A DNA stretch of 60,000 bases from Schmidtea polychroa (lineage: Eukaryota): assembly GCA_044892525.1 (NCBI GenBank), contig CM097885.1, positions 39,434,001-39,494,000 of the forward strand. Reading direction: 5' to 3'. Under the pieces are notes generated by a model. The model saw only the letters and a program-made list of their open reading frames with translations. It ran no database searches and was not told the origin of the DNA. The position numbers and the translations under genes are program-made. Position 1 is the stretch's first letter. Each line of letters opens with the position of its first letter. This document shows positions 36,871 to 50,037 of the stretch, in pieces.

Positions 36871-37557
36871 CTAATTAAGATTTATTAATTAAAGTTCTTT
36901 TTATTAATATTCGCGTCATTTTCCCCCTTTATCATTTTCCCTCTAATATCCAGAATACCTTATTTTATTAGTGCTTCAATAAACCTTTACATTCTACTTA
37001 TCACTCTTAACAACCCCGTCTCCCTCTGTTTAATGTTCTATCCTGCGCAAATTTTTCTCATGATTTTATTATAATCGTTTCATTATATATAACCCATATC
37101 CCATTCGTTATCGCCCTATTTTACACGTTTTCGATTAAGTTTAATTACATTGTTCATTTGTTCTATCTTTATTAGCGTGCTATCCCCCCTTTTCCCTATT
37201 TTTTAAATTTGTATTATTTCTTTATATTTACATTCTACTAATCGTTAATATTTACAATTTTTATTATATTTTTGTTTTCGTTTTAATTTTCGTTTATTAT
37301 CATTCATTCTATTACTACGCTATTCGTACAGTGTTCTCATACTCACTTTCAATATATTCATATGTTGTCATACTTTAAAACTCTCATCATTCATTTAAAC
37401 ATTCCACCTATATTTCATCATATTCGCACGTCCATGTACTAAATTTAAGTGTTTGGGAAAACAATTTGCTCGTTCCCGAATGCATATTACTTTATATCAG
37501 CTTTTACTCTCTCCGTTATATCTATTCTCGGGTTCTTTCACTAATCAAATCTTCACT

Positions 37558-37575
37558 ATCCCGGCTGAGCCCCCA
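37558..37575 (-). promoter_or_regulatory. tRNA-Pro PBS (copy 3)
   Basis: Identical 18-mer. Confidence 0.88.
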
Positions 37576-37981
37576 ATTTTGTATGGTGGGTTACTGGTGG
37601 TCGAATGTTTAAGTGCTGTTACCAGCGTAACCCAACATGCAACATTGTCTTTCCGCTTGGTACCCGTTGAGTAATCAACGTTGGTACTGTACCAAGGGTT
37701 GAGTACTCGCAAAAAGTGAGCGCATCAAGGCACTATAATTGTCGAGTACTCCATGGGTTCACGGACTACCGATAGAAGGTGTGTGTCCGATTTCTCAGGT
37801 CCCTCATCAAAATTGTTTTCCCAACCTTACGCACAAACTCTCATTTCTCAGGCAATCATAAAATATATCGGATATTATTTTAGTACTAAGAAATATGTAT
37901 TATTTTAACAAAAAATATATTCTTTTAATACTACAAAATATACACAACACCCTACAAGGATATATAAACCAGAATAAAAGT

Positions 37982-38467
37982 TCAACCCGGCTTGTTGGTA
38001 GAGCTGGCCAACCCCGTCGTAGACGCTTGCGATGAATTTGCTTGCCGCTCGTACTCGGCCAGACTGGCCTTCTTCAATTTTTCCCGAATGTTTCGCCCAA
38101 GCCGTTTTCTTTTGGGCTTATTTTCGGCGGCTGGGGGATATATCGCCGCGAGTTCAACGGTCAGTGGCTGGATTTGTCTTGCCACGGCCTCTTGCACCAC
38201 CTGCTCATTTCGCTCGGTCTCGAGTGCCCGCACCTGCAATTTCAGGGCGCGGATCTCCATTTGGTCCTGAGCGGCCTGTGTTTGTAGCTGGAGGATCTGG
38301 GCAGTTTTCTTCTTCATCGCTTCGGGACTAAACCAGGTCCCCTCGAACTCCCGGCATTTCCCTTTCAATTTGTCCACTCGGACTCGGAGTTCGTCAGCAC
38401 GTTTCTGAGCCTGCTCTCGATCTTTACGCAGGTTCTCCATTAGCTTGTACACTAAAAGGAGTCTCAT
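37982..38467 (-). CDS. LTR-encoded coiled-coil protein (copy 3)
   Basis: Identical protein. Confidence 0.7.
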   Translation of the reverse strand: MRLLLVYKLMENLRKDREQAQKRADELRVRVDKLKGKCREFEGTWFSPEAMKKKTAQILQLQTQAAQDQMEIRALKLQVRALETERNEQVVQEAVARQIQPLTVELAAIYPPAAENKPKRKRLGRNIREKLKKASLAEYERQANSSQASTTGLASSTNKPG

Positions 38468-39754
38468 TAGTTTTGTTTATACCAAAAAAAATTTTATAGA
38501 ATAAATTATTGGTAAGATTAAATAATATTGTTATTCGCGCTTATCGCTAGGCCATTTTTATAACCCCTCCATCTACCAACTGACTCATGCAACCAACAGA
38601 AAGGAAGAATACTTTACGTAAGAACAACCACTCTACGGTTTCTAATACTCAACTATGATACTAATAAAATCGACTAAATCAAAATACTTTATTTAAACAC
38701 AAACACTTGACGATATCTAATACTAAGGGAATAGACTAGGTTATGTTAATTGTCCTCCAATAATCACGACTAATGTTTGCGGGGCCGCTTGGTCTCGAGC
38801 CTCCTGCAACCGGTTATTCTTCGGCTCCACCTTCACCCATGCCGGGGCATCCGCTTCGGGGCCCGTCCGGATTACTCGAGCTGACCCCACCGATGTATAT
38901 GGTACCAGATGTACCGGGTCCGGAGACGGGTGATCGTCTGCTGGTCAGTACCCTCGTCACTGCTAGAGCTAGATTGCGACATGTCTGTAATATAAATATT
39001 AAGACCCGTGTATAGCCCGTGTGGCTTATAAATTTAAAGTACGATAAAATATACAACATTTTATTCACCAAAAGTTATTTACCACTAGTTGGTAATTTAA
39101 AAATTCTTATGTCAATTCTTTGCCATTTTCTGGAAATTATCGAATTACTACTGAATTCGGGCACGCCGGGGTGATGGGTATTAGCGACGAGCTTAGTTTC
39201 TCGTTTGCTTACCTCTCCATTGGTTGTGTTCGTCATGAGTGGTACAGTCGACTTTCATGCATTTGAGGTAATTCATTTATTTACCGTAAATTTTGATTCC
39301 CAGGAATGTTGGATGATAACTTTTCCTGGTTGGAGATGGATGAGCCTAGTTTTGGGAGATCATCCTACGATTCATAATTTTTGATTCTTAGTGGCTTGGT
39401 AATATGATTTGTTGTTCATAATAAAAGAAAAATCTTATGTTTTTATTAATAGTAATTTAATCTTCTAATAAACGAAGTTATATATTTGCCATTCATTCAG
39501 GATTTAAAGGGGGTAGTTTATATGTTGGATCAGGTACTCTCACCCATATCCTCAGCTAACCTAGATGGTGTTAACATTTTCTAGGGGGAGGGGTGTTGCT
39601 AAAAATAACTTTCTAGTATTTCAGACATTCCTATTAGTTCAAAAAGGTTGATTCCAAATTTAACTCCGGGGGGAAATCCTAAATCAATATTTGATTTAGA
39701 TTTTTATTTTTGTGAACTACAACTTATGAATAGGGACAATGATAGTATTAGCGA

Positions 39755-39807
39755 TGATAATAACGACAATAATAATAATAATAGTAATAATGATAATAAT
39801 AATAATA

Positions 39808-39841
<34 letters not shown>

Positions 39842-40053
39842 GATTAATAATAATAATAATAATAATAATAGCAATATTAATAGTAATATTGATGGTAGTA
39901 ATGATGATAATAATAATGATAATAATAATAATAATAGTAATAATAATAATAATAGTAATATTAATGATAACATTAATGGTAATAATGATAATAATAATAA
40001 TAATAATAATCATAATGATAATAAGGATAATATCAATTATAATATTGATAGTG

Positions 40054-40084
<31 letters not shown>

Positions 40085-40126
40085 GAATAATAAGAATAAA
40101 GATGATACTGATACTAATAATAATAA
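39755..40126. repeat. Imperfect (AAT)n microsatellite (copy 3)
   Basis: As copy 1. Confidence 0.97.
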
Positions 40127-43100
40127 TGGTGACGATTTAGAATGATAACTGGAAATATAATCACTCTCAATTCATACTTTATAATTTTAACAAAACTAAT
40201 TTACATTTCTAATTTTAACGTCGAATGCTTCGATGTAAGCTATGGTAGCTACTTGTACTTTATATCTTCATGGTCAAATTTTGATTATAGCTAATTATAA
40301 TTCATTTCTACATTTATACTTTGTAGTTATACCTAGGTACAAATTATATTTTATAATACGACTTTACCTCAAATTATTCGTATTCCCTACTCTTATAGTT
40401 AGAACTTATAATTATTTATAATTTATATTCCTAAATATTTTATATATAACTAATTATAATTTATAACTTTATATTTTATAATTTATAATTTTATATTTTG
40501 TAGTTTATAAATTTATATTTTATAATTGCCAATTTTACATTTTATAATTTATAGTTTTTAATTTTTTTCAATTTATAAGTTTATATTCTATAATTTCTAA
40601 CTTTATATTTTATAATTTTATGTTTTTCAATTTATGAGTTTGTACTTTGAAATTTTACGTTTTCTATTTACAATTTCGTAGTTTGTAATCTATAAATTTA
40701 TATTTTATAATCCGTAATTTTATGCTTTATAAAGAGTAATTCTAGGTTCTACAATTTATCATTTTATTACTTCACCACTCGTCATTTCATAATTCAGGGT
40801 TTATAATTTTATAGTCGACTCGTATACTTCTTTATGAGTACCCTTTTTGATCAATATTGTCTTCTAAAATTATTCGCAGATTTCTTGGTACTATTAGCGT
40901 ATAATTTCAGAATATTGACGAGTCTACAGTCTATACAAAACTAGTTCTAAGTTAATTGATCCTTATGCTAAAATTTATTTACTATTATCCCCATCTGAAA
41001 CTTATTATCAAGACTTCTCCATTATCAATTTATATTTTCAGGGTCGATATAATTTATATCTTAAATCTCATAATTATCTAAAACTTGCATTTTGACTATA
41101 ATTAGCAAATTTTATAATAAGTACTTATATCTTTATAAATATTTAAGATGGGCGCTTGAATTAATAGATCTGTAATTTAATCGGTTAGATTTGTAATATC
41201 TATAGGTAGATTGAATTTATTCGCATAGTAATTAATCTCGAAGTCCCAACTAGATGAGGTTATACCCACACATATGCCGGACACTTTATCATTTCTATTA
41301 CTTGAGTTACTACAAATTTCTATTACCAAAATCGGATTCGGCATATGTCTAAGTACAACTGGAATGGCTATTATTGATCCACCGACTTCATTAAGGTGAT
41401 TGTGTAAGGTTAGGTATGAGTTCTACTCAGATTAAGACCTTATTGTAGAGATATTTGACATTGATTTTTAATGTTGATTTTAAATTTGTATTACGTACAA
41501 AGTCGGGAAGAATATTGCTTCCATGGCCCCACTGTGACCACTTCCACAAACCTTAGTGTTGAGTGTTGAGTCAACCATTTACGGTCGACCTTACATAAAT
41601 ACAAAGAGTCAGACGGAGGGTTTCCTCGACCTAACTCCGTGGCAGAACCACAAAGTAGTTCGACCTTCGAAGGACCCGAACAAAAGAAATCATATAGTAT
41701 CGATCAATATAGTACGAATAATGCATGTTGGTAGGTTGCATAAAAATTTTATTCGATATCTTCCAATGCAGGACGGAATAGCGACGCACCGTGACGCCGC
41801 TGATCAGTCATATTTATCTAAATAACAACGAATTTAGTAAGAATAATTTAATTATAGAATGGTGTTCATTAAAATGGTTACATACATGGTTAACATAAAA
41901 ACAATGCAATCAAAAAATACCTACTATCAGTTTCCTTCAAAATTTGGTCAACAAAAAATTTTGGCATAAATGACTAAATTATGCCCGAAACGTGTCGGTA
42001 TATATACCTATTTTGTACACGTGTATGTATTGATACAGTAAAACAAACTCGAATTCTTTTTATTCCAGAATTTTCTATTTAGCGATTTTGCTATTTTTAA
42101 TGGCAATTTTTGTGCCATAATTTTTGTTTTTATTTTTATATTTTTAATTTTTAATTATTTTTCGTTAATTTGCCGTCCATGATGGATTTGGAACGGTTCC
42201 AGAACATTCTATTTTACTTTTAATTTAATTTTTATTCTAACTGATGTTTTGTGAATTTCTTTTTAAGATTTATTATTTTTAATACTAATTTATTTATTTT
42301 CTCTAACTTTTATTGTTCTAGTGGCTATTGTGATGGTCATCGCCATTTTAATGTAATGTTCTGGGTTTTTCTTGAATTTTTTCGGTTTTTATCGTCTTTT
42401 AAGTTGTTCGAGTCTGTTTTATGCTTATCTGTGTTTATTTGGTTGTTTTTGAGTTCTATTTTTGCATCACTTCTTGCTTTTGGATAATTTTATTTAATTT
42501 CTGTGTTAATGTTTTTTGTAGTTTTTCCTTTAATTACTATTGTTTATTTGATGTAATTTTAATATTTAACTCTACTTTGTGCTTTTTTACTTGCTGTGTA
42601 CCTACAAATTTCGGTCATAATTAGAAGTTTGGGTCTAGAAATCAGTTCTAGCCCAACACTACTATCATCATCCAGCAATATAATCAGTACAAAGTTTTCA
42701 CACTCCTACTCCGGCATTCATCTGTTTCATATATTTTAAGACTATTTCTCGCCTGATATCAGGACAGTACATGCCTAAATCTGTTAATGATTGAAGGAAC
42801 TGTTTTAACTGGTATTGTGACTTCCTTACCCAAAAGTAAAATCAGGCGAAACTGGAAGAAATGAGCTGGTAAATCTGCATTTGAATGTAAAATAAAATTG
42901 AAATAGTTAACTTATCAAGCATCATTGGGGCTTTATAAATGTTTAAGATCCATAAAATCATCTGCAAGTGGTATATTTCTTTGAGTAAGAATATTTGAAA
43001 GTGAAAGTCGAATCAGCAAATGTAAAATTTATTAAATATATATAAACCAATAAAATTAATTAAAATTCCAATAAATTTCAAAAGATTCGCTATGAATGTA

Positions 43101-43149
43101 TCCATATATTAAATAAACCAACTCCTATAAAACTAACAATATAATACAA

Positions 43150-44085
43150 ATGGTTAAAAAAGTTTGGAAAAGCGTTAATGTCGATTTTACGATAAAAAGC
43201 AACAATAACATAATTGAGAATTCGGAAATTAGCGAAAATAATACAACGATTACTGCTGAATTGAGAAAAGCTTTGCCAACAACAACACATGCCAATCGTC
43301 AACTTGAAGAAGTTAATAAACTACCAATCGATGGTCCATTTTATTTGGCATTTTCTAATCTGAATTTTGATGTTGATGAAGAGTGCATTAGAAATCTGTT
43401 TAAAGGTTTAGATTTGGTGGATATTTATTTCAATCCGAGAAAGCGAGGAACTGGCAATATAGAATTCAGAAGTTTGGACAATTTGAAATCGGCGTTGGAA
43501 TTTAATGGACAAGTTTTCGTCGGTAGAGCAATTAATTTGACATTAATCACGGACATAGACAAAGAAAAGAAATTTAACACATTTCTAGATAAGAATGGTT
43601 GTTTTCACAAAGATGAAAAGAAATCTAAAGCAGATGAATCTGAAAATTGGAGAAGTAAGAAAGTTGTTGAAAGGAAAGAAACAAAACCAAGTGATAGCGA
43701 TAATTGGAGAGTAAAGAAAAATGTTGAAATGAAAGAAACCAAGCCAAGTAATAGTAATAATTGGAGAGTAAAGAAAACTATTGAAATGAAAGAAACTAAG
43801 CCAAGTGATAGCGATAATTGGAGAGTAAAGACAAATGTTGAAATGAAAGTATTCAAACCGAGATATAACAATAATTGGAGAGAAAAGAAAAGTGTTGAAA
43901 TGAAAGAAACAAAACCTAGTGATAGTGATAATTGGAGAATAAAGAAAGATGTTAAAGTAACAGAATCAAAAGACTGTAGCAGTGGAACACAGAGAATTAC
44001 AAATATGCGTGATACCAAAACAGAAAATCTTCGAGAAAACAAAACAGCCGAAAAAGAAAATTCTTGGAGATTAGTTAAAAAATAA
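43150..44085 (+). CDS. eIF4B: eIF4B-like RRM/NWR-repeat protein (consensus)
   Basis: Intact 311-aa array copy. Confidence 0.8.
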   Translation: MVKKVWKSVNVDFTIKSNNNIIENSEISENNTTITAELRKALPTTTHANRQLEEVNKLPIDGPFYLAFSNLNFDVDEECIRNLFKGLDLVDIYFNPRKRGTGNIEFRSLDNLKSALEFNGQVFVGRAINLTLITDIDKEKKFNTFLDKNGCFHKDEKKSKADESENWRSKKVVERKETKPSDSDNWRVKKNVEMKETKPSNSNNWRVKKTIEMKETKPSDSDNWRVKTNVEMKVFKPRYNNNWREKKSVEMKETKPSDSDNWRIKKDVKVTESKDCSSGTQRITNMRDTKTENLRENKTAEKENSWRLVKK

Positions 44086-46773
44086 ATTTTTCCTTTCTAT
44101 ATTTGTTTAATATTATGATTGTTGTTTTTTCTTTAGAGTGTTTAATATATTTATTTTTCAATGTAAAATGTTTGATATATATCTTTAATATTAAATTGTA
44201 TTTTTATGATAGTAGTTTGTTTGCAAAATTGATAATGAGAAAGTACATAAATCTCTATTTTATTTTTGTTATGATAGAACATTTTAAGGATACGTTTGAA
44301 ATTATATTTATCAATAAAAATTAAAATTTCTAAGTTATTCTATTATTAAACAAAATTTATATTGTAATTAAAATCAATTTCATAATTTTAATAAAATAAT
44401 AGACCTAGAAAATTTCGAAAGATAGGGAAATAGAATGTAAGTAATTATATTTATTACTCATTATTTAGTCAACTTTCATGTTATAGATAATAGTTGACAT
44501 ATGTTTAGATAATTGATTTTTATTTTTTTCATTGAAAGGTCAGATTTGGTCTATGATTACCGTATGTGTGCGTGTGTAAGTAACTGAGTGATAAGGTTAC
44601 TGTTACTTGACACCCAACAAAAAACATTTATGACGTCACTACACAGGTATGCAATATTGAGTATTATATATTTTTTACAATTAACAATATTAGTTTTGCA
44701 AATTGAATTCACAAGCTAGGATTGATTGAATATTAAAAATATGTTGCAGTTGAAATCAGATTATGGTGAATATTTATAGGATGACTTTTATTATAGTATT
44801 TAATTTTATTCAAAACAATTTCTATTTTAACTCATAGATAAAATTCAAAAAACTTTGACAAATAACTATTATGTCATTGAATTAGTTTTCATAAAATATT
44901 ATTATATATGAATATTAATAGACAATCTATGTATTATTTTATGAAAGTTAATTAATAGCAGCTTAAAAATACTCAAAGACCTTTCCTAATGTTATTGAAC
45001 ACCAATAAAACATCATTTATTCCATTTCAAAAATTAAATATTTTTACTCTTATTTGAAATAAACTCAATGGTAGTTTATTAAGTACGTGACATAGCATTT
45101 TATTTATTTCATTATAAAGCTCTTTTCGTTTCTTGAAACCTTGATAATTTATCTTAATATGTTGGCTTAATTTAATAAATTTCGATCTATCTTGACTCTT
45201 ATTATCGGTAGATTTAACATTTGTCGACATCAAAATAAAGTCAAAAGAATCAAGAATCATTGAATTAAGAGAAATCTTTTTATATTTTCTTTATATGATA
45301 TTATTTTATTTGAATAAAGGAAATGCTTATAAGCTAAAATCATATTAGATCATGATTCAATTTGTCCAAATTGCCAAATTGCGACCAACTAACGACTTAT
45401 TGGACAGATAATTATATGATGATGAAATGTTGTCAAACTACTTCTGTATTTGATGATTTTGTAATATTTAGGTCTCACTATTTGAGAATCTCAACTCTAC
45501 TGGTTTTTATATAAATATAAATAAAGAACACAGGTCTTTATATAAATGTTTATTTAAAATTTCAAAAATTACCAAATGAGAAATCGAAATTTGCAAAAAT
45601 GATCTTCTAAAATTGTAACTTTCACTGGATAATTACTAATTTATTTTCACTGCAAAATGCTAGCTAATTGTGTGGTTTTTTTATGTTGTGTAGTGCTTGT
45701 TGTGTTAATTTTAAATCAATTAAATAAGGCTTCTGTAGAGAGTTTTTGTCTGGTCTGTGTTTAAATATTTACGAAGCATTAAACTTTGAAAACTCTTCTT
45801 GGAGCAAATATTTGGCGAATTAAATGATTTTCTTCGCGCCTATTTATATCAACATTTTTCAATAAAAATAAAATATGATTATTTCCTGCTTATACGCACT
45901 GAATAGTAATATTAAATATTATATCTACATATTTTGTTCTTTATAGATTGCGTGCTATAATAAAGATATGTTTTTCTTAAATTATAATTATAATATAACA
46001 TTAATTTTTTGAAATATAATAAATTTAATAGTAATTTTTCCTTGCGTTAAAATAAGTTAATTATAACGTAGAATAAAGATTATTGTACAGATAATTAGCA
46101 TAACCTGATTAAATATAAAATAGTCAATTATATACAATATAGTCTCTACAAGATAGATTGGATTTGTGGGTCTTCTTTCTTATTAGACTTATTGCCTCGC
46201 TTCTGCATATACGTTGACCATTTAACCTTTAGACTCTGTCTTATTATTATTTGTTAGGGACGAATGTGGTGATGTGCCTACTATCATCATCCAGCAATAT
46301 AATCAGTACAAAGTTTTCACACTCCTACTCCGGCATTCATCTGTTTCATATATTTAAAGACTATTTCTCGCCTGATATCAGGACAGTACATGCCAAAATC
46401 TGTTAATGATTGAAGGAACTGTTTTAACTGGTATTGTGACTTCCTTACCCAAAAGTAAAATCAGGCGAAACTTGAAGAAAGTGAATGAGCTGGTAAATCT
46501 GCATTTGAATGTAAAATAAAATTGAAATAGTTAACTTATCAAGCATCATTGGGGCTTTATAAATGTTTAAGATCCATAAAATCATCTGCAAGTGGTATAT
46601 TTCTTTGAGTAAGAATATTTGAAAGTGAAAGTCGAATCAGCAAATGTAAAATTTATTAAATATATATAAACCAATAAAATTAATTAAAATTCCAATAAAT
46701 TTCAAAAGATTCGCTATGAATGTATCCATATATTAAATAAACCAACTCCTATAAAACTAACAATATAATACAA

Positions 46774-47709
46774 ATGGTTAAAAAAGTTTGGAAAAGCGTT
46801 AATGTCGATTTTACGATAAAAAGCAACAATAACATAATTGAGAATTCGGAAATTAGCGAAAATAATACAACGATTACTGCTGAATTGAGAAAAGCTTTGC
46901 CAACAACAACACATGCCAATCGTCAACTTGAAGAAGTTAATAAACTACCAATCGATGGTCCATTTTATTTGGCATTTTCTAATCTGAATTTTGATGTTGA
47001 TGAAGAGTGCATTAGAAATCTGTTTAAAGGTTTAGATTTGGTGGATATTTATTTCAATCCGAGAAAGCGAGGAACTGGCAATATAGAATTCAGAAGTTTG
47101 GACAATTTGAAATCGGCGTTGGAATTTAATGGACAAGTTTTCGTCGGTAGAGCAATTAATTTGACATTAATCACGGACATAGACAAAGAAAAGAAATTTA
47201 ACACATTTCTAGATAAGAATGGTTGTTTTCACAAAGATGAAAAGAAATCTAAAGCAGATGAATCTGAAAATTGGAGAAGTAAGAAAGTTGTTGAAAGGAA
47301 AGAAACAAAACCAAGTGATAGCGATAATTGGAGAGTAAAGAAAAATGTTGAAATGAAAGAAACCAAGCCAAGTAATAGTAATAATTGGAGAGTAAAGAAA
47401 ACTATTGAAATGAAAGAAACTAAGCCAAGTGATAGCGATAATTGGAGAGTAAAGACAAATGTTGAAATGAAAGTATTCAAACCGAGATATAACAATAATT
47501 GGAGAGAAAAGAAAAGTGTTGAAATGAAAGAAACAAAACCTAGTGATAGTGATAATTGGAGAATAAAGAAAGATGTTAAAGTAACAGAATCAAAAGACTG
47601 TAGCAGTGGAACACAGAGAATTACAAATATGCGAGATACCAAAACAGAAAATCTTCGAGAAAACAAAACAGCCGAAAAAGAAAATTCTTGGAGATTAGTT
47701 AAAAAATAA
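46774..47709 (+). CDS. eIF4B: eIF4B-like RRM/NWR-repeat protein (consensus protein)
   Basis: Intact 311-aa copy with a synonymous cgt>cga change. The downstream region is 367 bp shorter than in other units. Confidence 0.8.
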   Translation: MVKKVWKSVNVDFTIKSNNNIIENSEISENNTTITAELRKALPTTTHANRQLEEVNKLPIDGPFYLAFSNLNFDVDEECIRNLFKGLDLVDIYFNPRKRGTGNIEFRSLDNLKSALEFNGQVFVGRAINLTLITDIDKEKKFNTFLDKNGCFHKDEKKSKADESENWRSKKVVERKETKPSDSDNWRVKKNVEMKETKPSNSNNWRVKKTIEMKETKPSDSDNWRVKTNVEMKVFKPRYNNNWREKKSVEMKETKPSDSDNWRIKKDVKVTESKDCSSGTQRITNMRDTKTENLRENKTAEKENSWRLVKK

Positions 47710-50037
47710 ATTTTTCCTTTCTATATTTGTTTAATATTATGATTGTTGTTTTTTCTTTAGAGTGTTTAATATATTTATTTTTCAATGTAAAATGTTTGAT
47801 ATATATCTTTAATATTAAATTGTATTTTTATGATAGTAGTTTGTTTGCAAAACTGATAATGAGAAAGTACATAAATCTCTATTTTATTTTTGTTATGATA
47901 GAACATTTTAAGGATACGTTTGAAATTACCGTTTCAATTAAGAGTCAAACATATTAGTTTTGCAAATTGAATTCACAAGCTAGGATTGATTGAATATTAA
48001 AAATATGTTGCAGTTGAAATCAGATTATGGTGAATATTTATAGGATGACTTTTATTATAGTATTTAATTTTATTCAAAACAATTTCTATTTTAACGCATA
48101 GATAAAATTCAAAAAACTTTGACAAATAAATATTATGTCATTGAATTAGTTTTCATAAAATATTATTATATATGAATATTAATAGACAATCTATGTATTA
48201 TTTTATGAAAGTTAATTAATAGCAGCTTAAAAATACTCAAAGACCTTTCCTAATGTTATTGAACACCAATAAAACATCATTTATTCCATTTCAAAAATTA
48301 AATATTTTTACTCTTATTTGAAATAAACTCAATGGTAGTTTATTAAGTACGTGACATAGCATTTTATTTATTTCATTATAAAGCTCTTTTCGTTTCTTGA
48401 AACCTTGATAATTTATCTTAATATGTTGGCTTAATTTAATAAATTTCGATCTATCTTGACTCTTATTATCGGTAGATTTAACATTTGTCGACATCAAAAT
48501 AAAGTCAAAAGAATCAAGAATCATTGAATTAAGAGAAATCTTTTTATATTTTCTTTATATGATATTATTTTATTTGAATAAAGGAAATGCTTATAAGCTA
48601 AAATCATATTAGATCATGATTCAATTTGTCCAAATTGCCAAATTGCGACCAACTAACGACTTATTGGACAGATAATTATATGATGATGAAATGTTGTCAA
48701 ACTACTTCTGTATTTGATGATTTTGTAATATTTAGGTCTCACTATTTGAGAATCTCAACTCTACTGGTTTTTATATAAATATAAATAAAGAACACAGGTC
48801 TTTATATAAATGTTTATTTAAAATTTCAAAAATTACCAAATGAGAAATCGAAATTTGCAAAAATGATCTTCTAAAATTGTAACTTTCACTGGATAATTAC
48901 TAATTTATTTTCACTGCAAAATGCTAGCTAATTGTGTGGTTTTTTTATGTTGTGTAGTGCTTGTTGTGTTAATTTTAAATCAATTAAATAAGGCTTCTGT
49001 AGAGAGTTTTTGTCTGGTCTGTGTTTAAATATTTACGAAGCATTAAACTTTGAAAACTCTTCTTGGAGCAAATATTTGGCGAATTAAATGATTTTCTTCG
49101 CGCCTATTTATATCAACATTTTTCAATAAAAATTAAATATGATTATTTCCTGCTTATACGCACTGAATAGTAATATTAAATATTATATCTACATATTTTG
49201 TTCTTTATAGATTGCGTGCTATAATAAAGATATGTTTTTCTTAAATTATAATTATAATATAACATTAATTTTTTGAAATATAATAAATTTAATAGTAATT
49301 TTTCCTTGCGTTAAAATAAGTTAATTATAACGTAGAATAAAGATTATTGTACAGATAATTAGCATAACCTGATTAAATATAAAATAGTCAATTATATACA
49401 ATATAGTCTCTACAAGATAGATTGGATTTGTGGGTCTTCTTTCTTATTAGACTTATTGCCTCGCTTCTGCATATACGTTGACCATTTAACCTTTAGACTC
49501 TGTCTTATTATTATTTGTTAGGGACGAATGTGGTGATGTGCCTACTATCATCATCCAGCAATATAATCAGTACAAAGTTTTCACACTCCTACTCCGGCAT
49601 TCATCTGTTTCATATATTTAAAGACTATTTCTCGCCTGATATCAGGACAGTACATGCCAAAATCTGTTAATGATTGAAGGAACTGTTTTAACTGGTATTG
49701 TGACTTCCTTACCCAAAAGTAAAATCAGGCGAAACTGGAAGAAAGTGAATGAGCTGGTAAATCTGCATTTGAATGTAAAATAAAATTGAAATAGTTAACT
49801 TATCAAGCATCATTGGGGCTTTATAAATGTTTAAGATCCATAAAATCATCTGCAAGTGGTATATTTCTTTGAGTAAGAATATTTGAAAGTGAAAGTCGAA
49901 TCAGCAAATGTAAAATTTATTAAATATATATAAACCAATAAAATTAATTAAAATTCCAATAAATTTCAAAAGATTCGCTATGAATGTATCCATATATTAA
50001 ATAAACCAACTCCTATAAAACTAACAATATAATACAA

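Larger units (their letters stand above)
33913..42658 (-). mobile_element. 3'-truncated giant LTR retroelement, copy 3
   Basis: Same junctions. It is 8746 bp, with one extra G near 39585. Confidence 0.88.
37580..42658 (-). repeat. 5' LTR (copy 3)
   Basis: As copy 1. Confidence 0.8.
1..46773 (+). repeat. Higher-order repeat of ~15.8 kb (one insertion-bearing unit plus one plain unit), about 3 copies
   Basis: ORFs of the insert recur at +15798 and +31598/31599, e.g. the RING ORF at 4790, 20588 and 36388. Confidence 0.97.

Noticed and set aside
2315..42658. Three independent, site-specific insertions
   Set aside because: The identical truncation and identical 197-bp host loss show one event that was later duplicated.
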